Position numbers and translations under genes: made by a program
Notes under the pieces: model-generated
Seen by the model: only the letters and a program-made list of their open reading frames with translations
Databases searched by the model: none
Told to the model about the DNA's origin: nothing
In this document: positions 1-15,438 of the stretch, piece after piece
How the letters are laid out: every line of letters begins with the position of its first letter
How positions within the stretch are numbered: position 1 is the stretch's first letter
Source: the human T2T-CHM13v2.0 reference genome, Homo sapiens
Assembly (NCBI RefSeq): GCF_009914755.1
Contig: NC_060926.1
Length of the DNA stretch: 64,000 nucleotides
Direction: 5' to 3' (one strand)

Positions 1-1086
1 AAGCCTAGGATTTATCACCAGCCAGTCCTCCTCAAGGTTCAGGAAAGCTGCCTGGAGCAGAAGGAGTCTCAAAATTCACGGGCACCACTTGCACTGCAGC
101 TGAGGATCCCCAGACAGCAGCATCCCCACCCCCAGGTGGTATGCTCTGCGGCAATAGGAATGTCTGGGCTACAGCATTAAAGCACATTCTGTTTCTAGGG
201 GAGCATGGCAACAGAGCCCCAGCTGTCAGGCCATTCTCCCTATCTCAGCATGTTCTAGTGATCCCAGCTGTTCTAGTGATTATTGAGAACTACAAACAAG
301 AAGGGCGCTGGGGGAAGGTCAGTTCGATGCTTTCTGGAGAACTATCCTTCCAAGGTGGAGGTGAGTTTGGAAATTTAAAATACTTTCTGTTACAGAAAAG
401 ATACAAAATGACAGTGAAGCTTCTGCTAGCTCTGATGTGTGAGGGTTTTAGTGATTCAGACACCTGGGCTTCATGAGCCACTTAGGGAAGAGGAGACAGG
501 ACCTTGGGCCAGAGAAAAATGGGGATTTACAAAAAGATCCAAACACATTGACAGGCTATATCTTGCATGAAAACAAGGGCTAGATTAAAAAAAAAAATCT
601 TCCAGCCTGTGTGGGGAGATTTCAATGGCAATAATCCATTGGAATTTGTCTCTGGAGAGAAAAATATACCTGATAATTTATTTGTAATTATAAGCTTCTC
701 ATACATGGTTTTAGATTTCAAATTTACATGCCCTCTGATTAGGGCACATACCTCGATTGAAGAGATACAACACCCCAGAAGAGATATGCACTATCAACTT
801 GAAATGAGACTCTACACATACAGCCCAGAATAAATGATGACCTTTTATTCCAGTATCTCTCTCTCACACACACATACACCAAAAACCACTATAAGAAAAA
901 AAACAAAACAAACAAACAAAAAAACAGCAGCAGAGTTGGTTCTTCACTTTGCCTAATCAAGAAATTCAGCCATTGGGATTATAAAATACTAAGTAGAAGT
1001 ACAATTTGAATCTTTGAAGTTGTAAAAGAGGCAATAGGATACATAAGCAAGGCACTGTTTATTATTAGAAACCTTTAGGCAGACTA

Positions 1087-1615
1087 AGCCAGGCACCCTG
1101 CCTCATGCATGTAATCCCAGCTACTCGGGAGGTTGAGGCACAAGGATTGCTTGAGTCCAGGAGTTTAAGACCAGCCAGGGGCTCATGCCTGTAATCCCAG
1201 CACTTTGGGAGGCCAAGGCAAGCAGATCACTTGAGGTCACGAGTTCAAGACCAGGCTGGCCAACATGATGAAACCCAGTCTCTACTAAAATACCAAAAAA
1301 AAAAAAAAAAAAAAGCAGGGCGTGGTGGCCTGTGCCTGTAGTCGTTCCACTGCACTTCAGCCTGGTTGACAGAGTGGGATTCCAAAAAACAAACAAACAA
1401 AAGAAAAAACAATCAGCCAGGGCAATATAGCAAAACATCATCTCTAAAAAAGAAACGAAAAAAATTGGCTTGGCATGTTGGCAGGCACTTGTCGTCCTAC
1501 ATACTTGAGAGGGTGAGAGGGTGAGCTCAGGAGTTTGCTGATACAGTGAAATCTAATCATGCCACTGGCATGCCAACCTGGGTGGCAGAGAGATACTGCC
1601 TCAAAAAAATTAAAA
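1087..1615 (+). mobile_element. Old AluJ-like element split by a nested younger Alu
   Basis: Left-arm start 1087-1180 resumes at 1414 (cagccagggcaatatagcaaaac...) and continues through a diverged right arm to an A-tail near 1610. Confidence 0.8.
1180..1413 (+). mobile_element. AluS-like element nested in AluJ, with internal right-arm deletion
   Basis: ggctcatgcctgtaatcccagcactttgggagg...; right arm jumps from tgtagtc to gttccactgcac; TSD cagccaggg at 1172-1180 and 1414-1422. Confidence 0.8.
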
Positions 1616-1716
1616 ATGCAGGCAGGCTTGAAAAAAAAGAAACAATACAGCTTGTAGAAGTGCAGCATTTACTTTGGAATGAAAACCTTAATGGATGAGT
1701 ACACATAAGACTTGGT

Positions 1717-2884
1717 ACAAATGGAAGGAGACGTGGCACACTGAGAGGTGGATGTGAAACTCAGGACAGATGGAAGGAGACTTCGCGCACTGAGAGGCGG
1801 ATGTGAAACTGAGTAGAGATGGAAAGACACGCGGTGCACTGAGAAGCGGACGTGAAACTGAGGGAAGATGGAAAGAGACTGGCGCACTGAGCAGTGGACG
1901 TGAACCTGAGGAGAGATGGAAGGAGACCTGGTGCACTGAGAGGCGGACGTGAAACCGAGTGGAGATGGAAGGAGACGCGGTGCACTGAGAAGCGGATGTG
2001 AAACTGAGTGGAGATGGAAGGAGACCTGGTGCACTGAGAGGCGGATGTGAAACTGAGGGGAGATGGAAGGAGACCTGGCGCACTGAGAGGCGGATGTGAA
2101 ACTCAAGAGAGATAGAAGGAGACGTGGCGCACTGAGAGCCGGATGTGAAACTGAGGGAAGATGGAAGGAGACCTGACGCACTGAGAGCCGGATGTGAAAC
2201 TGAGGGGAGATGGAAGGAGACGCGGCGCACTGAGAGCCGGATGTGAAACTCAGGGGAGATGGAAGGAGACCTGGTGCACTGAGAGGCGGATGTGAAACTG
2301 AGGGGAGATGGAAGGAGACTGGGCACACTGAGAGACGGATGTGAAACTCAGGAGAGATGGAAGGAGACGTGGTGCACTGAGAGCCGGATGTGAAACTGAG
2401 GGAAGATGGAAGGGGACCTGGCGCACTGAGAGGCGGATGTGAAACTCAGGAGAGATGGAAGGAGACGTGGCGCACTGAGAGCCGGATGTGAAACTGAGTG
2501 GAGATGGAAGGAGACTGGGCACACTGAGAGACGGATGTGAAACTCAGGAGAGATGGAAGGACACATGGCGCACTGAGAGCCGGATGTGAAAGTGAGTGGA
2601 GATGGAGGCGGGGCGCACTGAGAGGCGGCTGTGAAACTCAGGAGAGATGGAAGGAGACGTGGCACACTGAGAGCCGGATGTGAAAGTGAGTGGAGATGGA
2701 GACGGAGCGCACTGAGAGGTGGATGTGATCCTGAGGAGAGATGGAAGGAGACCTGGTGCACTGAGAGGCAGATGTGAAAATGGAGATGGAGACGCGGTGC
2801 ACTGAGGAGGAAGTGAAACTGAGTGGAGATGGAAATAAGTAGTATAGTGAAAGACTGATGTGAAATAGCACAAATGGAAGGAGA
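1717..2884. repeat. 49-bp minisatellite/VNTR, ~23 copies
   Basis: Unit GAGATGGAAGGAGACCTGGYGCACTGAGAGGCGGATGTGAAACTGAGGG; gagatggaag recurs at 2011 and 2060; shorter, diverged units at the 3' end. Confidence 0.97.
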
Positions 2885-5560
2885 AGCAGTACATTGAAAG
2901 ATATGTTTTCATATGGAAAGAAGAACTACCCCATATTGCAGCGCAGAGAGGCAGAAAAATATGAGAGAAACGCACAACAAAATGTGCAGATTTTACATAC
3001 ATCTCATTGTAGTTTCAGAAAAAAAAAAGATTAAGGGAGACAGAAGATGTGAAAAGATAAAAGTGAGAAAAATTCTTAATCCTCAGGTCCAGAAAGTCTA
3101 AAGAGTCCAGATATTTTTTAAATGACATCTAGATTTAGTACATGAAAAGAAGAAAAAAAGAAGTGACTGAGACAGACTGATCTTAAAATAGACACAGAAC
3201 AAAAGACAGATAACCCATAAAGTAAAGGCTCACTGCGCTTCCCATCAGCATTTTGGGAGAGGAACGATGGTGTAATACAATCTTCAATGCACTCAGAGAA
3301 AAGAGTGTCAACCTAAAACTCTATTCACAGTAGTCTTTCTTTCAGAATTGTAAAATAAAGACATTTTTGGACAGATAAAAACTGAAAAATCACCGAAAAA
3401 AATATTCCCCATGGGAATTTGTAAAGAATGTATTTCAAGAGAAGAGTAAATGAGCCTCTGTGAAAAGTCTGAGTTACCGGAAGTAATGTAGATACCAAAG
3501 CCAGTGGTAAATCCCTATTGGGCAATTATTATGCACCAGATAATTTCTGTAAGCATGTTTTAGTTCATTTAATCCTTATTACGATACTATGAGTAAGATC
3601 CTATTATTAAACAAGTTTAACTTGTCTTAAGATGACAGAATTTATAAGTGGCAGGAGATTCACAGCCAGGCAACGTGCCTGCAGACACCACTGCTTACTA
3701 CTCTGTTGTGGTAAATAATAAATATTGACATTATAAAGCAATAATGGCAATGTCTAATCTGTGAGAAAGTAAACAGGTTACCAAGAAAACACTAGGCAAT
3801 GACAAATAACTTGGGGATGACTAGAATTAAATGTTCTAAACTTAAATTTTTCTTAAGTAGAATGCAAATACTGGACCTAGTAAGCACGATTGTTAAATTT
3901 GCTAGAATAATCACTAAAAGAGAAAGTAACAGCTTCTAAGCATATAGGAAAAAAAAGCAATTGAATGAGAAAAAGCAAATAACAAAATATGTCAATTAAA
4001 AAGAAACTAAGAAAAAGACATAAATTAGTGAGACAAATAAAAACATAGTAAGATGGGAGAAATAATTCTAAATAGATCAGTAATTGTTATAAATCTAAAG
4101 ACACCAAACTTTCTATTTGAGAGACCAGGATTAACAGAATGGATTTTATAAATTTATTTTGTTGAAAAGATACATACATATTCAAAGTTAAAACACAGAA
4201 AAGGTATAGCTTACAAATGTTAACTATAAGTAACTGGAGCAACTATATTAGCATCTAAAGAGACAGATTTAATGTAAATGCATGAATAATGACAGGGAAA
4301 GTCAACACATACCATTAAAGTTTCCATTGTTTAAGAAGATACGATAGTTTTAAACCTGTGTGACCAGCTTCAAAACATACAAAGTGAAAACAGATTTAAA
4401 GTAAAGATGGAAAAAGTCACAATTATGATTGTGAAAGATTTTTACATGCCTCTCTCAGTAATTGAAGATAAAAAGTAAATCTACTAGAACGTAAAACGAT
4501 TTTAAGAACAAACCTTGAAGCTCTATTTTCCTGACTTACAGAGTATTGAATACCTCTATCTAGCCATTTATTTCTATCCATATTTGATATGATTAACAAA
4601 TTCAACTATATTATATACATGATACATAATGTTATTCTCAAGCAAATAAGAAACATATAGAAAAGTTAGTCTTAATAAATTTAAAGTGTTGCTATATCAT
4701 CCAAACTCCTTCTCAGAATATAATTAAATTAGAAAAATGCTTTTAAAACTAGTAAACCTCTATATGTGTAGAAGTTTAAATAATAAGAGAAACCATAGTA
4801 AAATTTAGAAAATTTTATAATTAAACAGTTATAAAATTTATGCACAAATGACTTGGAGAATATGGATAAAATGGAATTCAGAAATATATATTAGAAATAT
4901 ATGTTATTTGAAAAGAAAGCATAAAATTAATGAGATAATGTATTAGAAAAATACTGGGATGAATGCAAAGACAAAGAAAGAAATAAGAATAGAAATTAAT
5001 GCAATAGAATGCACACTTATACTTCAGAAGATTTCATAATCTAAAGGAATTTTTAAATTAGTAAAACAAGCCTACATTCATAGTACACACTTGAATTGTG
5101 ACAGAGATGGCATTTCAGATCACTCGGGAAGCAGTGGACTACTCAATAAATAATCAGGGCACTGATTATACATTTAAAAATGAAATTATATTATCTATAA
5201 AAGGCTTGGTAGACAATATGTGAGAATATTGTTATGATTTTAGTATAGGGAAGGATTTCTCAAATTTAAAATGATGCAAATCATAAGCAAAAAATTGATA
5301 AATTCCAGTTTTATATAATTTAAAACTTGTTTGTTTTATAAAAAAATAGAGTGAGAATATAGTAAGCTAGAAATAGTTCAACTGTCCATCAATAATAGAA
5401 AGAATAAGTGAATTAAAGTATATTCATATAACTGAATACTATAGAAAAAGATAAGATACAGCTAAATTCAGCAATGGTAAATATTAAAAATACAAGTGAA
5501 AGAAGCTTATCAAAGAGCCTTATATATAACATAATTTCACATAAATGAAGTTTAAACCGT
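2885..5560 (+). mobile_element. Ancient L1M (L1ME-like) fragments, ORF1 to ORF2/3' end, with a MIR-like piece at ~3540-3710
   Basis: A-rich strand with L1-like motifs (e.g. ctcagagaaaagagtgtcaacctaaaactctattcacag; actcaataaataat; tcaactgtccatcaataatagaaagaataa). Confidence 0.65.
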
Positions 5561-5789
5561 ATCGAATATATATATATTCATATTTTTTGCCTGTTGCTTT
5601 TGTACTCTATCTCATTTTAAAAACTCAAATAAGATATTATTTCTATTCCTTTATACATACAATGTTATTTCAGATTTATCTTCAATTACTTTGCTTTCTT
5701 TTCTTTGGAAAGGAAATTAGTATATGTGAATATGTGTTAATATGTATGAATATATATACATATGACTATATATGGATGAGAAGACATGA

Positions 5790-6275
5790 TAATTTACAAA
5801 AATGGCTAAAAATATTTCTAGCTACATGAATAAAGAAAGTCTACATCTCCACCTTTAAATCTGGATGGGGACATGTCTTGCTTTGGCCAGTGGGACAATA
5901 TCAAGTGTGATGCAGTCAGAGACTTGCAAAGTGCTTGAGAATCAGGGCGTGTTTTCTTGCTAAATTTAGAGCCCTGAAATCATGTTAATGAGGCTGAACT
6001 AGGCTGATGGAAGATGAGTGGTCACATGGGGAGAAGACATGTGTCCTAACTGGCAGTCAACCAGCCCTTGGTACTACCTGTGGAATACCAGACATTTAGC
6101 TGAGACCATCCTTGTCAGTGTAGCCCCCAGCTAAACTGCATGAGTAATCTCATCAGAGATCAGCTGATAGAATGTAGTGAAAAGAATTGTCCTACATAAA
6201 TCTGAGCTCAATAACCAGCTCTTGTTGTAAGCAATTAAGTTTTGGGATGGTTTGTTATTTGGCAAAACATTTGGC
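5790..6275 (+). mobile_element. MLT1-family MaLR solo LTR
   Basis: ctttggccagtggg...gtgatgcagtcagagacttgcaaagtgcttg and typical 3' end ttgttgtaagcaattaagttttgggatggtttgtta. Confidence 0.7.
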
Positions 6276-6689
6276 AACGAGTATGTCTATAAAACTTCTA
6301 AAGTACTAGCAGCATTTTATTTCTTCACTCAAATAAAAATTTTATGTATTTATTTTGTTACTATCCTTAAAGTTTCATATATCTACTTTGTACTTTCTAA
6401 TGTGTGATACATCATAAAACTTTCAAAAAAGAAAAAAATGTTCTTAAATTTTATGTCTACTTTAAGGATCATTACAAAGTAATTAAATAAACATACATTT
6501 AGCCAAACAAAAACTGAGTTTACCACAACAGATACTTACTAAACTCTGTACTTCAACAATACGAGTAAAGATCCGAAAAGGAAATTTTCTGATTTTCAGA
6601 GAAAGAAAAGCAAAGTAATTGAAGACAAATCTGAAGCATCATTGAATGTACAAAGGAATAGTAATAATATCATTTGAGTTTTAAAGATA

Positions 6690-8419
<1,730 letters not shown>

Positions 8420-8420
<1 letters not shown>

Positions 8421-8528
8421 GAGTGGCTGATTTTAATGTATGTGATGTCAATGAGTTTGCAGGGTTCCTAAACATTTGAAAATGGGCTTTCTGTGAGCTG
8501 GTATATGCTGACTGTAGCACACCACTGG
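8420..8528 (-). mobile_element. MER63-like hAT DNA transposon end fragment
   Basis: Reverse complement begins cagtggtgtgctacagtcagcatataccagctcac, resembling the MER63 terminus. Confidence 0.5.
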
Positions 8529-8689
8529 ATATAAATAATGTATATGTGAAAGTCAATTTGTTTGCCTTGTATTTGTATAATGCCTTTTAATTCATAGTAT
8601 TTTGCACAGATTTTTCTGGAAGACAGGAAATTTTCAAGTATATTTAATACATGAGGAAATTAAAACTCAGAGTTTGGTGACTTACATTA

Positions 8690-9240
8690 TCAGGAAGGAT
8701 GACTTTGGCAATCAGTAATAGAAAACCCTTACTTAAACTGACTTAAAAACAAGGAACTTAATATTGTCCATAATGGGAAGATCAGGAGAAGGCAACGTCT
8801 TAGAATTGATTATGAGGCTCATGATGTGCATAACCACCCTACGTTTTCCTTTTCTCTCCTCTGACATCCTTTGTGTTCATTGGATTTTCAGGCTGGTTCA
8901 GGCAGCCCAGCAGGACTTGACAATGTCCAATGCAAAGACAGAGACTGTCTACCCCTCGCCCATGACTTAGGGTCAAGGACCTTTTCTTAGAAACTCCTCC
9001 TATAGATCTACCTAATTTCCCATTGGCAACAACTGGATAAAATGCCCTTGGCTAGAGCACTCCGGAGTGAAAGGGTGGGATATGTTGGCTGACTTTCACT
9101 AAACAGTTTATACCAATAGCGCTGGGATGTGTCATCCTCCTCTGATATCCCTTGGAGAAAGGTGGATATCCAAACTCGTCTGGCATTCTGTTAGGGAGGA
9201 GGCGATGGGGAGTGGAGAAGCAACTGATGGTGTCCATTCA
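8690..9240 (-). mobile_element. Old MaLR/ERVL-type LTR (MLT1-like) inserted in a MIR
   Basis: cagtaatagaaaacccttacttaaactgacttaaaaacaaggaa motif; MIR core halves at ~8640-8686 and ~9240-9300. Confidence 0.5.
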
Positions 9241-9518
9241 TTTGCGAAAGTCACGGTCTAATTGGTGGTGACATTGGGAATCTAACTTTATAATCAAGTC
9301 CCACCTTCCTAAACATGACATCTAGCTTCTCTGCGAAGATGTAGGCAAAAATTATGATTTTCCTCTTTGAACTCCTGAAACATTTTTGAATGCTATTATC
9401 TTTGTTGGTTTATTAGTTCAACAAAGTTGAATGGATTAACTACTTACTACATTTTACATTCTAGCAGGTGTGTGTGTGTGTGTGTATTTCTTGTGTGGGC
9501 ATATATATAAACTCTCTG

Positions 9519-9617
9519 TAACTGGGGGAAACACTTTTTTTAACCAATTTACACTCTCACAGTCCGTTACATATAACTAGGGGGAAACTTTTTTAAACCA
9601 ATTTACACTCTCACAGT
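9519..9617. repeat. Two-copy tandem duplication, period ~55 bp
   Basis: taact(g/a)ggggg aaac...aaccaatttacactctcacagt at 9519 and 9574. Confidence 0.85.
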
Positions 9618-11219
9618 ACCTTGCACATGTATGTATGTGTGTGGGTGTGTGTGTGTATATATTATATGTTATATATTGTTGACCACCAAAGAAAACTAAT
9701 ATTTTCAAGCTTCCCTTTCACCAGTCTTTGAACTATTTTTTTCTCTTACTTTCCAATATTATTCACCACCATTCAACAGAAACAAACTTTAAAAGCAGAG
9801 CCCCAAATGAGAATTTTTTTGAAATGATTGCAAGCAATGGAAAATAAACTGTTACAGCCCCAAATACCTTGCAACTGTAACTATAGTGTTCACTGCAGTG
9901 ATTACTATAATGTGCAGTGTGGCAGAGTTATAGTTACCACAGGAATCATAAATTTGATTTTCTGAGATTTTGTGTGTTCAAAATCTCAACTATAATACTG
10001 CCTTCACATATTGTTTTTTCATTCGTTATACATGTACTTGGGTCCAAAGTAGGCAACCCAAACTATAAAATCAAGAATGTTGGTCACTTTCTTCAAAGAT
10101 TACTAACTCAGCAATGTTAGAGTTAATTCAGAAAGTGCATTTGTAAGAAAAAAATGATCTTACTTCAAGCATAGCAGACTGAATTCTTCCAACTCAGCTT
10201 ACACCATTCCTTGGAAAATAAATTCCCTCTATGTTTTCAGCTTTTGATCTATTCACTTTAACAATATTTATGTGAATTGGTGCTATTCCATGTGGATGAC
10301 AGATGATGCAGTTTTATCAACGCTTTGTTGGTTGTCTTTTGTTTTCTAATAATTTATTTATATAGTATTTCCTAGTAGATTATCTCCTGGCTTCAGTCTT
10401 TTAATAAAGTTCATCTTATTTTCTGAAATAAAATGCTTTAATTATTACCCATAATACAGTGACCATAATTCTCTCATCGAAGCTGCCTCTTCTACTGTTT
10501 CTTCCCCATACAAGAAAATTGCAAAGATAATACCGGCTATGTGCTGCTTGAAACACAAGGAACCCATGACTCTGAATTTAATGGAGAGAGAGTATGAATT
10601 CCTGTGGATATAAAGTTTTGTAAGACTCTAGATTTACCCTTTACTCTCTACTACAGGTCTGTCTTGATACTTCAGAAAAAGTTAGCTTTTCCATTAACTT
10701 TGGAGACACACAAAATTTCCCACATCTTTTTGCCTACAGTAGACCAGAGGATTGCTTAACATCTGTTTTCCCCTTGAGAGGTCAACAAGAATTTCCCACA
10801 CCACTGCTTTGGCATGGCTAACAGCGGCAGCTCATCTTATTGAGCCATTTCTTCCACATCTCATGTTATGGATAAGAAATGTTCATAATCATTAACGCCC
10901 AAAACTTGCAGACTATGCTGTTTTATTTTGAATGCTTTACATTGTCACAATTTTCCCATTTCTTTAATGTAGGCAGACAAAATCTACATGCTGTCTCTCT
11001 CAACAGAGGCCCAAGGTTGTTGATTAAAACTTTGCTTGACAGAAAGCATTTAAAAATGATTGTCGAAGTAAAAATATAGAAAAGAATATGATAGTTGTGA
11101 TGATGCCAATTTCAGTAAGGGATGCATATGTAGTGTAATTTATTGCATTAACTACAACTAAATCAAAACCTGCGACAAGATGGCATATTTAGCAAACTCA
11201 GTCATTTTGTAATGATGAG

Positions 11220-11234
11220 GTGATGACTCATCAC
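11220..11234. promoter_or_regulatory. AP-1 site within a 15-bp extended palindrome
   Basis: GTGATGACTCATCAC; TGACTCA at 11224-11230. Confidence 0.45.
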
Positions 11235-11789
11235 AAACTAGGAAAAGACAAGGGCGACATTCATTGCATCAACATGTTGGCAGGCAGATTTGGCAATGTC
11301 ACTTGTCTCCAAGTTGCTTATGCGTAATTCACCTGAATAATCTTCAGAAGCCTAAGTACTTATGTCAAGTTCAAATTACTCAATTCACAACAAATGAGTG
11401 AGGAAAGAAGACAGAATAAATTAGGCATACACACACACACACACACACAAACACACACATACGAACGTTTACTGTGCTCATTAGAATACCCAGCAAACAT
11501 TTTTAGATAAGTTTTTAGACAGCTGGGTATCATATCAATAGCAAATATCCCTCATGTTTAATTTGGAATGTGTCTGTCTCTGAAATAATAACTTGTGCAG
11601 AAACATGAGGATTGGCTCTGAGAAATTGCCTTAAGTTCATGTTAAATGAGCAGCAAAAGATTTCATGAAATGAAATGAAATCTACATGGTGAACTGAGTT
11701 GATGTAGATGGGACTCAGCCCACTAATACACATGGAAATCCTGGATAAAATATAATAACTGCAGCACATAAATCCTGTAATAGGAGGAA

Positions 11790-13110
11790 AAAATTAACTA
11801 AGTGGCAATCACATTCAGCTCTCATTAAATGCCTGTGATGAAAATAACAATGAAATACAATCTTACTCCTATTAGAATGGCTAAAATCCAAAAAACTGAC
11901 AATACCAATTGCTGGAAATGATATGGAGCAACAGGAACTTACCGTCATTGGTGGTGGGGAAGCAAAATGACAAAGCCACTTTGGAAGACTGGCAGTTTCT
12001 TACAAAGCTAAACATACTACTGGCATATGATCCAGCAATTGTGCTCCTAGGTATTTTTCTGACTGGTTTGTAAACTTATGTCCACAGAAACATCTTCATG
12101 CAAATATTTTATAATTGTAAAAAACTGGAGGAATCCAAGATGCCCTTCAGTAGATGAATGGACAGAATTCATAAAATGAATATTATTTATCAATAAAAGG
12201 AGTGAGCTACCAATCCATATGACAAAATGGAAGCATCTTAAACTCACATTGCTAAGTGAAATAAATATATGAAGAGGCTATATAATACATGATTCCAATC
12301 GTGTGACATTCTTAAAAAAAACAAAAAAATAGGGACTGAAAATAGATGAGTGGTTGCCAAGGGTTTGAGGAAAGGGAAGGGTTAAAAAGATAAAGCACGG
12401 TAAGTTTTTCTTTTCTTCATAATTTTATTTATTTGTTTATTTATTTATAACTATCAAAAATGTAAAACAGCTTTGGGTTACAAGAAAGTTGCAAAGATAA
12501 TACTGAGAATCCCCCAAATCCACTCAAGTCTTCCTATTAACATTTCACTCTAGTATGGTATATTTGTCATAATGAATGAGCCAATATCAACACATTATTC
12601 TAAGCTAAAGTCTACTCTTTATTCAGATTTTCTTAGTTTTTATCTAATGTTCTTTTTCTGTCCCAGGATCCCATCTTGGATACCACATTACCTTAAACAC
12701 TGCCTCAGCCAGGTGATCAAGGTCAACGTCTACTGTGATAAGTCATGGTTTTGGTGTGTACCCTTGATGTGATGTGATAAAAATGGCACTTTACCTCTGT
12801 GGTCTTCCTCTGAAAAATCCCGTAACAGCAGCCTAATCATGAGAAGCACATCAACAAAACTCAGACTCAGGGACATTCTACAAAATACCAGGCTGTCCCT
12901 CCCTGAAATTGTCAAGTTCACCAAAAACAAGGTGAATCTAAGAAACCTGTTACAGCCAAGAGGAGCCTAAGAAGACATGAGGACTAAATATAACATGGAA
13001 TTCGGGATAGGATTGTGCTACAGAAAATGTATGTGCTAATGTGAGATGTTAACAATTGGAGAAACTCAGTTTTGGGTATAAGGAATTCTCTGTACTATGT
13101 TTATCTAAAA
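11790..13110. mobile_element. L1MC/L1ME-type 3' fragments (plus 11790-12400, minus 12420-12690, plus 12690-13110)
   Basis: ttagaatggctaaaatcc, gatccagcaattgtgctcctaggtattt; L1MC-type 3'UTR gtcccaggatcccatc and agccaagaggagcctaag. Confidence 0.75.
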
Positions 13111-13344
13111 ACAATTCCATGGTGAGCAAACTTAAGCATAGAAATGTTAAATAAATTGTCCAAAATAGAGAAGTAAATAGCAGTGCCAGGTTTCAAGCAT
13201 AAGAATCATCAACTCTGAACTTTAAACACAGCTCTGTATGGTACTTTTGTTTATATCAATGCCTAGATAGATAAATAGGTAGATAGATAATTTCCAAGTG
13301 CTAGAAACAAAAAAGGAACTAAAACTGATAAAGAATATAAATGA

Positions 13345-14233
<889 letters not shown>

Positions 14234-15137
14234 TCATGGGGACTCACTGGTGTTTCAGACATCAAGACTATAGGCTAGAGTTCAAGACCCAGTGAGGAGA
14301 TGTGATATGATTTTGTGTGAGGCAAGCATCAAAAGCAGACACCTGTGTGTAAAGCCCAGAGATCTAAAGAGCTAACCTGTCTGTGAAAAGGGAATTAGAT
14401 AAAACACAGGCTACCAGTTCACAGATGCTAGAGAGAGCTTGCTGTCAGCCTAGGGGGAATTCTCACCAACTGAAAAATTCCTATCAGTGTTCAATGACAT
14501 ATGACATTCATAGAGATTCTGAATTGCCCAAGGAGTTTCCAAATTGTAATTCTAATCCATGAGTTTTGGGCAATTTAGTGGCTTTGTGATAAGAAAGGGG
14601 AAATGCAAAACTTCTCTTGTAAGACTCGTGGTGTGAGCTGGTCCTGAAGTTCTTGATCATTTTGTTAGCACCCAAACTGGTTTGTCAACAAACTTTGAGA
14701 GTCAAAAGCTTGAGAGACATGCACATCAAAGACCATGACAAAAAGGGAAGAAAAGCAACAACAGCACAGAAGACCCTCTGGCCCTCTGCAGGCTGGGTTA
14801 CAGCCTTCTCTTCACCATTGCATTTAGATTATAGCCATTGCAACAGTACAATGATGCTCCTACACCCTGTACAGCTGTATCATCCACCAGATTGTCAGCT
14901 TACTGAGGGCAGGGCCAGACTACCCCACAGCTGGTCTGTCTCTCACATATAGCAGGAACTCAATAAATATTTGTTGCACTGAAAATATAGCCTTTATAAC
15001 TTGGATTAGTCTCTGGTGGGCACAGGATAAAGCTCCATGTCAACTCCCTAGACACCTCCCCAGACTTATTTAGGACATTTTGTGCCTCAATGTGCAATCT
15101 TTAACCAGCAGATTAAGCCTTTCAAAAGTAATGTCTT

Positions 15138-15438
15138 GGCCAGGCACAGTAGCTCAGGCTTGTAATCTCAGCACTTTGGGAGGCTGAGGTGAGCAGATCA
15201 CTTGAAGTCAGGAGTTTGAGACCAGTCTAGCCAACATGGCAAAACCCTGTCTCTACTAATAGTATAAAAATTAGCTGGGCATGGTGGTGCATGCTTGTAA
15301 TCCCAGCTACTCAAGAGGCTGAGACATGAGAAGCAGTTGAACTGGGGAGGCGGGTGGAGGTTGCGCTGAGCCGAGATCATGCCAGTGCACTCCAGCCTGT
15401 GTAACAGAGCAAGAAAATATCTCAGAAAAAAAAAAAAG
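15138..15438 (+). mobile_element. AluS
   Basis: Full dimeric Alu with A-tail. Confidence 0.93.

Noticed and set aside
1717-2884. Regularly spaced repeats resembling a CRISPR array
   Set aside because: Head-to-tail tandem units with no unique spacers, no cas genes, and a eukaryotic context.
1669-3002. Long minus-strand ORFs (up to 219 aa) with repetitive S/P/H-rich peptides
   Set aside because: They are translations of the 49-bp VNTR; the unit is not a multiple of 3 and the minus strand rarely has stops, so all frames look open.
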